Source: Oopsacas minuta
Lineage: Eukaryota; Animalia; Porifera
Assembly: GCA_024704765.1 (NCBI GenBank)
Contig: JAKMXF010000307.1
Span: 310,001-374,000, forward strand
Direction: 5' to 3'
DNA length: 64,000 nucleotides
The position numbers were made by a program, and so were the translations under genes. The notes beneath the pieces were generated by a model that was not told the DNA's origin, did not search any database, and saw only the letters and a program-made list of their open reading frames with translations. The stretch's first letter is position 1, and each line of letters opens with the position of its first letter. This document shows, in pieces, positions 25,190 to 36,478 of this stretch.

Positions 25190-26490
25190 CAGGGTGTTCA
25201 ATAAGTTCGTGGAAAATTATATTTAGAGTAAGGGGTACTAAATGTTATATTCAGCTTTCCATTTATCAATCATATATTTATTGATTTACTTAAACTTTGT
25301 GATACAAGTAGCTATATCCAGAGCAATAATCAGATCTTTCCGGCAGTTGTTTGAAAAATAATGAATTTTGAGAAATTATGGCATCGAGGAGTCATTAAAT
25401 TTCTCTGTATAAAAGGACTAAGCGCTACTGAAACGTTCAAAGTGATGAAAGATGTCCTCAAAGACAATGCCTCTAGTCAATCTATGGTTGCAAGATGGCA
25501 TGCAGAATTCAAACGTGGAAGAGAAAGTATTACAGATGACCCTCGCTCAGGAAGACCCACATTTACTCTCCATCCAGAAATAATCTAATCTATGATGATA
25601 TGATAGAGAACAATCACTGTATATCGATCAGAAATATAGCTAATAGGGTAGATTTATCAATTGGAACTATTCAGTCAATCATTCATGACTATCTTGGGCT
25701 CAAGAAATACAAAGCAAAGTGGATACCAAAAACCTTATCTGAAGATCAAATGATGGCTAGACTGGAAACTAGCAAAAGCATGATTGATTTGTATATGTCT
25801 GACCCAGACGATTTTAATGCGAGACTGATTACGAGGGATGAAACTTGGATATACTACCATGACCCTTGCACTGTTAACGAGGTTGCGGAATGGAGGCATG
25901 AAGATTCGCCAAAGCCCAAAGTACCCCGACTTGGTCACTGTCCAAAGTCTAAGTCAAAGCTGATGCTATCAATATTCTGGGATTCTAAGGGACCATTACT
26001 ATTAGATTATCTTCCCAAAAATACGACAGTGACTGGAACATATTATGCAGATCTAATGACGAAAGTACGCGAACCTATAAAGAAGAAGAACAGGGGAGGA
26101 ATGCTAAAAAGAATCCCACTTATTTTACATGATAATGCTCAATCCCATAAAAGTCATCTTGCACAGGAGGCAATAAAAGATTGTGGCTTTAAACAGGCTC
26201 AACACCCATCATACAGTCCTGATTAAGCTCCCAGTAATTATTATCTATTTCCAATTGCCAAGCAAGCACTTCGCGGAAAGATTTTTGACGATGACGATGC
26301 ATTAGAATCAGGTTTTGAAGACTGGTTAGATACCAAAGACAAAATGCTTTTTCATCATGGTATAGAAAAGCTGAAAGATAAGTGGCTTAAATGTATTCTA
26401 TTACAAGTGGATTATGTTGAAAATTAAACTCTAACCATTGCTATACAAAACATCTATATAATAATTTCCACGAACTTATTGAACACCCTG
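25190..26490 (+). mobile_element. Mariner (DD34D) element, full length, pseudogenised (ORF 25361-~26427)
   Basis: Perfect 26-bp TIR CAGGGTGTTCAATAAGTTCGTGGAAA, flanks TA / CA. Motifs [28 protein letters not shown] and YSPD*APSNY. One frameshift, one stop, and the third catalytic Asp is replaced by Asn. Confidence 0.9.
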
Positions 26491-28506
26491 CAAATTCCAG
26501 AGAGCTGATTTTAACTGATTTGGGATATGTTATAGAGCATAAAATTCTAATACAGAAAGTTTCAAATATATTTAGATGACAATTTGTCCACGGATAGCAT
26601 AGTTATTGGCTCCAACGTCCAGTACTATAGCTATAATCGGGAATTTCGTAATAGCATATTTACAATTAATATGTTAATGATAGCACTAAGGATAACGACT
26701 AGATGGCTATAATTTCGAATATATGGCACGTAAACCATTTAAGATATACCCAATAATATTATACCAACTATTATAAATAAAGGAAACGTTTGCATGCTTG
26801 TATTCTCAAATAAATGCAATCAAGTGACTACGTATCAAGCAATTTTTTGATGATTTGGTGTAGATTTCGAAGATCCTTACATACCTGGAGTAAGAAAGCT
26901 AGATATTCGATATTTACATGGTATCATGATACCATGTGATTGGCAAAATAAAGGAGAAATTTTGAAAGAATTCTGATACATACCTCTGTTGTTATGCACA
27001 TGTTTATGATCAGATTCTAGTAATATCTGAAAATATTGATAATAAACATACATTTTGTAACAATTCATCGGAAATAGGTGACTTCTAATTCATGAATAAT
27101 ACACTTTTCCACCTAAATCATACAGTTAATAAGGAATTTCTATTCAACATTTGAACCACTAATAGAAACAATCAGGTAATTGCAGATCCAAGTCGTGATA
27201 AATAAAAGAATTTCAAAGTTTCTTTCTTGGAAGTTCAAAACAATATATCCCAAATACTGAATTAAGCATGATCACTCATTCCGGCTCTGAAAAAGCAATT
27301 AAATTCTTTGACATATCAATAACTCAATATGACTTTGCTCACATAAATATTCCAAAGATATTGTTGAAGTAATTAGGTTCGTATGAGGATATATATATCG
27401 GTAAATATAAAGAGAGATAATTGTGAAGTTTGTAAATTGACACTAAAGATTACGATCTAAGATTCACATTCGTGATTAAAAGGAATAAGTAAATCATACT
27501 AGTACATTTCTACCCAATTAACGAATCCAAATAAAGATTTTAGGACTTCTTGACGAAATATAATCACACATTTTCCTGACAGTATTCTATTAATCGAAAG
27601 AACTGAGACGAGGTTTCTGCTAAGCTTTTCCAATGAAATTCAAGATGAAATCGGCTACTACCTGATTTTATATAAAACCACACGAATTGGGACATCTTTT
27701 CTAAAGTTTTACTAAAAATTTGTCAAATTTATAAATTCATTATGTTAATAATTTATCAGAAATATATTGGCATAATTGTTACTGAAACTGCATAAATTCA
27801 TAGACCCAATTTTGAAACCGAAAATCCTGGCGTTCGCCTCATATTCTTTTCCATTTTGACATTAGCATACAGTATGTAGAAATTTGCATATAATTCATCA
27901 AATTTGTTGTTGACTAGGAATTTACTTCAAAAAACAGAAGATTATAATTATTGTTTGTTTCTAAATTGTAAATGTGTGATATTCAATAAAGCTTTCTGGA
28001 AATTTGACTCAACCAGGAGTTTTTAGAAAAATAGCTATAGTTAAGTGTTTAACCTTCGATAAATAAGCTATACAACTGACCACATTTCATGTACCATGGA
28101 TTACTTCAAGTCCTCTAAATTTGCTAGGCAATAATATCGCTCATGATTACACAAAATTGGTGCATTTTGGCCGGAATAAATGTATTATTTTTGGTTAATA
28201 TCTAACACAATCTATGCCCTATGACGAGTTCCTGCCCGAAATGACGTCAATTGATTGCTGAGCTTGGAATATGTTGTGAAAATTGCGACATTTTTCATGC
28301 TCCCTCAAATGATCAATATCGCTTGGTCGAATCTAGAATTTATTCCAATTGATCCAAGGGTGTTTTTATACAAGTATAAAAATATATACAGAATTAGGTT
28401 CTCAGGTTCCAGAGTTATAATAGTGACCATATATGACTTATTCCTCAAATATTCAAGTCTAACTTGTTAAATATTAATATTTTGACCAGTCGTCCTGTAG
28501 AAAATC

Positions 28507-28673
28507 ATATATCCCTGACTTCCAATACCCCAATAGTACATTTGATATGATGTGTCCAAGGATTACTGCACAGTCATCAGTAATACCATATGGTCATATT
28601 TAAGATTGTATCATGATTGTCAGAGATATCATATCAAATTGTACTATCTGGGTATGGGAAGTCGGGTATATAT
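28507..28673. repeat. Short MITE-like element with ~45-bp imperfect TIRs
   Basis: ATATATCCCTGACTTCCAATACCCCAATAGTACATTTGATATGAT pairs with ATCATATCAAATTGTACTATCTGGGTATGGGAAGTCGGGTATATAT. Confidence 0.7.
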
Positions 28674-30039
28674 AATATTAATGCGAGGTGATTGACCAAA
28701 ACATTAAAGGTTGTCAAGTTACAGGTGAATATTAGCAGAAAAGTGTCATCCATGGTCACTAATATAACTTTGGAATAAGAGTACTTTATCATGGCGATAT
28801 TTTTAAATTTTGTATTAAAATATCCTTAGATCAGTTGGTGTTAATTCTGGAGTCGATGAAGCGAAATATAATGATAATTTGAAATAGCTTGAAACTATCG
28901 CAATTCTCATAACATATTGCCATCATAGCAAATTTAGATGCGTCATTTCGACCTGGAATCCGCCAGATGACATAGATTGTGTTAATTATTAACTAGCAAT
29001 AATACACTTATTTAGGCCAAAATGCACAAATTGTATATTATGGTGAATAATTTTATTGCCTATCTAATTAATGGACTTAAAGTAATCCATGGTTTCGGCT
29101 AGTAGTAAGACTTATATAACGAAGGTCACGGTAGGAGTTTAAATTTCAGTCTTGATTTGGAAAGTAATCTTCACAAAAATGAGAGGGTGAAAATCTCTCG
29201 CTCTTTGCTATGTTACTACCGATAAATTCGGGCTAAAAAGGCCTAAATGACTGTGTCATGACACGACACTATTCAAATTTCCTCTACTATAGGATGGCAA
29301 GCCTGAAGTTTCACATTCGTAACTTAAACAAGCAAGAAAATTATAACACTTCGTTGTATAAATCCTCGCACAAAAACACGAGATTATCTGCACCTCTTTG
29401 GCTAAACAAAATCAACATTATCACAATAGCATTCGTTTAACAGTGTTATTGTATCTAGAACATATTTCGACGAACAAAATATAGGTGGTCTTAAATTATC
29501 ACCATTAACGCTAAGAAAAACAAACAACATCCTTTGCAATACTCGAGCACTTTGAGATACAGATATGAATCAAGAATAACAAGTTATTTTTTATTCATAT
29601 CTTTAACGCAAACCTTTAGGCCAGAGTATTCTATACCATTTGCCATAAAGACGGGAAGATTCGTATGCCTGTATCAACCACTCCATCATTGGCGGCTAGA
29701 AAGTAAATTCCATTAAATTTAACAGTTTTTGAAGAATTTGGAAGGATCTTATCGGGACAAGGAGGAAGGATCAAGTCAACTAGTAAATTAATTTAACTGG
29801 AATAAAATAAGCCACGACAATTAATATACATGCATCACATCCCATTACTGAATAAGGATAATATTTATTAAGTGTTGACCTACAGTTATGGGATAAATTT
29901 GTTAATATGAAGACATATTATCAGTTTCATAAAACTGGTGGAATCAGTAAGAAATCCATCACTCTACATATTTATCATTGTAAATAGATTGAAATTATGA
30001 AAATTCTACTTTATGAATCAAATACATTTATAGTAGATA

Positions 30040-33000
30040 CAGTGGAAGTCGCTTAATCGGGACAGCTCGGGAGTCAATATTTCGTCCCGATTAACAGATC
30101 ATCATTATTTAAGCATTCAAAACTAGTTTTTGATGGTCACATAACCAGAAATATCTTATTTCAATACTACTAATCCTGATGTATATAGGGTCTAGTACAC
30201 TGGTCGGCAAACTTTCCAGCCAACAGACCAAAATAGACAAATTGCATAAGATTGCGGGCCAGATGGGATACCAACGAAAACTCGGTTAGATTTTTGTCAT
30301 TTATCGATTGATTAAGTACCATTATTATACAAGTATTAAGTAATCAGATTTAGAATATCCATTTGTTTATGATAATAATTTTGCATTGTAAAATTAGACT
30401 TACAGAAATATTGATGTTAATGTTAATGTGATGGATGATGCTGCCCTACTTTAGATAGCGCCTCTATGTCTGGTTTTAGGGTAGAGGTTGCCAATCGTAG
30501 CACACTGTCTAGGTGATTTTCGCTTAACCGTGTTCGCAACTTGCTTTGTACGTATTTCATGTTCGAGAAGAGTTGCTTACAAACGTATGTACTCCCGAAG
30601 AGAACTGCAACCTCCTTTGCATGTCTCATTAGTGGAGGACATCTTTGAGGAGTTACATAATGTTGATAGAATTCGAGTAAAGGTACATCTCGAAATCTTG
30701 ATCTGAGCCCACTGGAACTTTGGAGCTCAATCAGTTCCATTTGTAGATTCTCTGGGGCGTCACATATTTCAACATCAAATACGGCGGCGAAGTAGCTAAA
30801 ATACTTACGATGCTTATCCATATCTGCGAATCGAGTGCTAAACTGATATTTGAGATCAGATATGAATTTAGCGTAACAAGAAACATCATATGGTTGATGT
30901 GAACGAAGTGTAAGGAAATGAATACAACTACTCTCTTTCAATTGAAGCTCCCATAGTTGTAACTTAACTTCAAATGCATAAATGTATTCATAGAGGACAT
31001 TGATGAACTGGTTCATTCCTTGTATTTCAAATTTAGCATATTTAAATGATTAGTGATATCCACCAGAAAGGCAAAATCTGTCATCCATTTCGCATCACTA
31101 AGCTCTGGAACTTCCATCCCTTTTTCCTCAAAAAATTCGTCAATTCAGCTCTCAACTGGTAAACTCTTTGCAATATTGCACCTCTACTTAACCAGCGCAC
31201 TTCGCAATAATATAACAAATCGTCATATTTGCAATCTATCTCTTCTAACACATGCTGAAATTGACGATGATATAATCCTCTTGTTCACGCAAAGTTCACA
31301 ATTTTTATGACTACCCGCATTACTTCCTGCATCTTCAGAGATTTTGCGCACAAGGCCTCGAGATGGATTATACAATGTGTTTTTACCAGTTTCTTTCAAT
31401 GCCAGCATTTCTCATTTCTTTTTCTATCAAAGAAACTGCTCTCTTCACCTTTCCGATCATAGCTGGAGCACCATCTGTCATCACCCCACAAATATTACTT
31501 AGATTTAAGCCCAAGCAACCTAAGACACTCATGATTCCTTGGAATATATTCTCACCAGTAGGGGTATCCTTTAGTGAAACTAAACTTGCCAATTCTTCTG
31601 TAATGTCGAACGTTGCATTGCTTCCTCTCACAAAAATTGCAACCTGGGCAATATTAGCCGCATCAGCGCTCTCATCAAGTACAATTGCATATAATTCAAA
31701 TCGTTGAGCATGCTCTTATAATGTTGTTCTGATATCTGAAGACAAATCTTCAATTCTTCGGGTAACGGTTCTTGCAAACAGACAAATCTTACCAAAAAGA
31801 TCTCTTTTTTCTGGACATATAATATCAACCACATTCAGAAGACACTCCTTCACAAATTCACCATCAGTGAAAGGTTTCATGCGTTTCCCAATGAGTTCGC
31901 TAACAGCGAAACTAGCACGTGTAGTATTCTTTAACTCAGAAGAATGCTGTAAAAAATTTACTCTGTTGCTCAGTTAAAGACCTTTGGAGAGATTCGATCT
32001 TACTCCTTCGCGCGGCACCGGTAAGAAAATCGAAATTTCTCGAATGCTTCGTCTCGTGGTGTCGCTTCAAATTAGACTCCTTCATCACAGCAAGAGATAC
32101 AGCACATAAAAGGCAGGTAGACAATCTTCCCTGTATGATAAAAAAATACTGCTCAGTCCAACTTTCCATAAATACGCGATTTTCAAGATCTACTTTCCGC
32201 CTTTTAGATGTTGATGCCATTATTTAATTCATAATGAATTTGAGAATTCGATCTGAGTATTGAAACTTGAATCATATGTATTTATCTACAATTCTACATA
32301 GTATATTATGCTGAGATCAAATCCAAATAGTGTCAGAACACATTTGTGTGGCATCATTAACACACTCATTCCATTCATCCAATTCTTCAATATGGCCTCC
32401 AAATTGCCGTAGAGGCCATAATAAGTGTTTATCAAAGAATTGCCGTAGATACCATAATAAGTGTTTCTGAAACAATTTTGGATTATAATTGAAAGAGCCT
32501 GAAAAGTAGAATAATTTCTGAAAGAGTTGAGGGCCGGATAAAATCCCCTCGCGGGCCACATCTGGCCCGCGGGCCGGAGTTTGCCGACCCCTGGTCTAGT
32601 AGATATTTGGTTGTAGTAAGGACATAACCCCGTCCCAAGGTGTAAGACGAGAGATGACGTATATCTTTACTGGTATATCTAAAATAACCGTTTTGGGGAT
32701 CTAGCAAGACATCCAACAGTCTGGTTATTATTGAAGACATGGTGGAATAGCCAATGGAACCTGAGACGAGTGAACGAAGTTAAAATCTTAGTTCAGTAAA
32801 TGGTAATCGCATCGGTGTTGTATTGTTATGGTTGTAGATAATATTCAAATTTCTAGTTGTAAAAACGAACCATTTTACAATGGTTCTGAATAAACAAACA
32901 ATCATTTCATTGGGATAACAATCCCAATTAAGTGAATATAATTTTCATATCCGGTTAATGGGATAAGAAATCCAGAACAACCGATTATGAACTTTCAATT

Positions 33001-33147
33001 TTCCGTAAATCGGGATAAAAAATCCCGATTAACTAATGAGATGTCCCAATTATCTAGCATTTTTCTATGTAAAATTTGTTCTAAAACCATTGTCCCGTTG
33101 AAGCTTATATCCCAATTAACCGAGTCCCAATAAAGCGGCTTCCACTG
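30040..33147. mobile_element. pogo/Tigger-like non-autonomous element (~700 bp) split by a hAT insertion
   Basis: 24-bp TIRs CAGTGGAAGTCGCTTAATCGGGAC / GTCCCAATAAAGCGGCTTCCACTG (3 mismatches), TA TSD, and repeated ATCCCRATTAA subterminal motifs at 32920-33130. Confidence 0.75.
30198..32593 (-). mobile_element. hAT Buster/Charlie(SPIN)-like transposon, frameshifted transposase 30423-32220
   Basis: 8-bp TSD GTCTAGTA (30190-97, 32594-601), TIRs CACTGGTCGGCAAAC / GTTTGCCGACCCCTG. Motifs WTEQYFF..CLLC..KESNLKRHHETKH (BED-like finger), SIVLDESADAAN, VMTDGAPAM and FGSTYVCKQLFS (catalytic E appears as K). Confidence 0.9.
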
Positions 33148-33767
33148 TATCTATAAAATATTACATTTGAATACATGCAATATTTATATCATCATAGCTG
33201 CTAACCGCTTTAATACAAATGTGGGAACCATAAAAATGGGTCAGTTGGATCCACTATATCACAATACCCTGTGTAAAGCATAATTAGTGGTTGAGTAATT
33301 TGTGGTTTCCCCTACAAAGAGTAACAAACTGGCCACTTCGTTTTATGGCCTTCTCGGTGACAAATATAGCTGTATATTAAGTAGGCCATGGTCCGGAATG
33401 ATGTAAATCTTAAATTAAGTTTAGACCAATAATCTGTGAAAATACATGCCCTTCACTTTCATATAATTGCCCCACTTACTTCTGTTCATAGCCCGTATCT
33501 ACTAAAAAAGAAAGGTGTAGAGATAGGTGAGAACGACCTAAATGATTCCAATAATGATCTACATTAGAGCATAAAGGAATAGTGAACAGAACAAACATCC
33601 TTTGCTGGGACATTATGTTTGAATGTAAGTACACAGTAAATAAACTACGAGTTACCATCTGATTGTTCACTTGGTTTCCAAATCCAAAAACACTCAGTTT
33701 CATAATAGCATCCATAGCAAAGTCAATAATTATAGATGGACTTAGATTTGCATTGGGAAACCTAAAC

Positions 33768-34082
33768 AGGATCGACTGGAATAGTATTGACTCGAATAAA
33801 ATTAAATCGATTACACAAGAGGAATATGATCGACTGGAATAAGATCGATTTAATTACACAACTGAAATAAGATCGACCAAAAGAATATCGAAATTATTAT
33901 ACAACAGGTTTAGGACCGAATAGGATATGATCACTAAATGACACAGGGGTAGGATCGACTGGAATATTCCTGAGGATCGATTGGAATCTAATGGAAGAGT
34001 AGGGGAATAGGATCGAATGGGCAAGATTGCATTAAGTAAGATTGATTGGAATAGCAATGACGGAAATAGGATCGATAGGAAG
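33768..34082 (+). repeat. Irregular array of ~9 GATCGAYTGGAAT-like motifs
   Basis: Exact GATCGACTGGAAT at ~33770, ~33827 and ~33953, with variants in between and variable spacers. Confidence 0.7.
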
Positions 34083-34240
34083 AGAGCTCTAGTAAGGAAC
34101 CCACCTCTACTGGATACAAGACTATTTAGAGATGACAATGTCGTCAACTTGTAGTAAATTACCTTTTGGGTAAACTCAAAGAATAAAGCATAAGGATACA
34201 TAAATATGACAAAAATTTCGTGAAATGATTTGGCTGATAA

Positions 34241-36478
34241 CAGAGGCCTACACTTTATAGTTGTATTGATTTTGTCAACTGACATACACTAATTCTGTGT
34301 TGCTGATTCCGATTATTTAGTCAGTTTCTCTCTAATACGTCAAGTTATCTCACAATCCTATTACTAAATTTATAGAGAAAAATTAGTTTCAACCTTTATA
34401 TGTTAGATTGGATCAATTAAATTTCTGAAAATATCAATATTTCATTCACTAAGAATAATGATACGATTGTTACTAATATGAATGGAAGAAAGTGATACTA
34501 TAAACATGTAATATCAGCACTATTCAATCTAAAGATTTTCTCTTGTTTGACTTATACACATCTTGAACGTTGTCGTTAGGACAATCTCTTTTTAGGCACC
34601 AACAGTAATCTGCCATCATATGTGTGTCCCATCTTCCTTGATATCGCTGTTCCATCACTTTTATGTCTTGATGGAATCGTTCACTTTATTCTTCACTCAT
34701 ATCACCTAGATTATCCGGAAATCTATCAAGAAGGTCTCTCAAATAATGAATTTTAATACTCATATTACAGCCAAGAGCATGATAGCTGTCGACTAACTCT
34801 GTGACTAGTTCTTTGTAGTTGGATGCCTTTTTAATACCAAGGAAATTATAAACGACATTAGAGAAAGCCTGCCACGCTCTCTTCTCTTCCTCATTCATTG
34901 AATCTTTGAAGCAGTTGTCCCTAAGTAACTTGCGAATCTGTGGACCTTCAAATATCCCTGCCTTTTTCTTCTCTTCACTGATTCCTGGAAAATAATTTCG
35001 GATATACTTGAAACAATATCTGTCTTTATCCAGTGCTTCGATGAATTGCTTCATTAAACCAAGCTTAATGTGGAGAGGAGGTAGAATTATTTTATGTGTA
35101 TGCACCAGAGGGTTATTAATAACATTTTTGTCCCCAACTTTCAAACATTCTCTCGGAGGCCACTTTTCCCTTATCCAATGCCGGTTCCTATCTCTACTGT
35201 CCCAATAACAAAGAAAACAGGGGTACTTAGTGAACCCAGCTTGTTGTCCTAATAGAAAGTTGACCATTTTGAGATCAACACAGATGACCCAATCATGTGC
35301 AGAGTAGTTAATAATCTCTATTATTTCTTTCACATTTATTGTACTCATCTTTAAGTTCAACTGAATATCCTATATGAATTGAACCGAATATATTTCCATT
35401 ATAGAGTAGTACACATTTCAGACTCCTTTTGGAGTTGTCAATAAACAGCCTCCAGTTACTTGGATTGTAGTTCGGAACTCCCATTGCTAGTAGAAGACCC
35501 TCAACATCTGGACAAAACACCAAACCATTCTTTTCGCAGAAATACTGTTGAAACTCTTGCTCCCTGTAACGATATAATATTACCTTTGTTCCTTGATGGA
35601 GTAGAATCTTTTCTTTCAATCTAGATGCAAGCAACTCAGAAGATTCTTTCCAGAGGTCAAGGTCACGAATTAAATCATTCAATTCCGCTTGGTGAAAGAG
35701 AGAAGGCTCCGAGGAAGGACCTTGAAAATCAACATCATATTCACAGTCATGATCATTGACTTCTCCCGAATTGGCACCATCTTCATCATCATAGAGTCCG
35801 AGAAATTCTATGAATATTGGTACAAGGTAGATCACTACAATGAGGGACTGGTCGAATAGCAGATTCTAAATTTGGGTAATTCAGCAGGTGTCTGTCACTC
35901 TTTTTGCAGCCCATAACATTTACCATGCAGAAATAACAATCATCGAAATGATTTTTTGATTCTCTCCAAATCATAGGAATTCCGAAAGGGAGGTGTTTCT
36001 CTTTGCCCTTACTCCAATACCTCAATAATTCTATACAAGATTTACAGACCTTATGAGGTGCCCAACTTTTGTCCTAGTTGCCCAGCTTAACTTTGAAATA
36101 CGCATGGTAAGCTCTATTCACAAATTCAGTAATATTCTGCATCTGAGGTTTCGGAGTATAGAAACCACAAATATAACAAAAATGTCTGGAGAATTGAAAC
36201 ACTTTCTTTTCGACATATCAACAAAAAAGAATAACAGACTAGTTAAAAACCAATAAGCAAATAAGACTATTTGAATATATATACTATGAACATAATGTTA
36301 TTGTTATAATATGTAATCATAATGAATTTTTGGCAAAAATCGAAATTTTCCTGAAAATGTAGCTATATGGTTGTGAAAAAACTGAATAGATATTCACAAT
36401 CAGCGCACCTAAATTAGTCTAAATCAGTGATCAAAATATATAAACAACTGTAATATAACATTTTTATGTAGGCCTGTG
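34241..36478 (-). mobile_element. Chapaev3-like transposon, family 2, copy 2 (2238 bp; dead transposase 34524-36216)
   Basis: Reverse complement of 15570-17800 with only a handful of substitutions and one 7-bp indel, and the same ORF fragmentation. Termini CAGAGGCCTACAC / ATGTAGGCCTGTG. Flanks TAA / AAT do not form a clean TSD. Confidence 0.9.

Noticed and set aside
25361-26427. Domesticated SETMAR-like gene
   Set aside because: No SET domain; TIRs present; ORF broken by a frameshift and a stop. It is an ordinary mariner copy.
33768-34082. CRISPR-like repeat-spacer array
   Set aside because: The repeat is only ~13 bp and degenerate, spacers are very unequal, there are no cas genes, and the context is a eukaryotic intron.
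33854-34285. 143-aa ORF as a novel gene
   Set aside because: It starts inside the Chapaev terminus and runs through the motif array; low-complexity and no domain.
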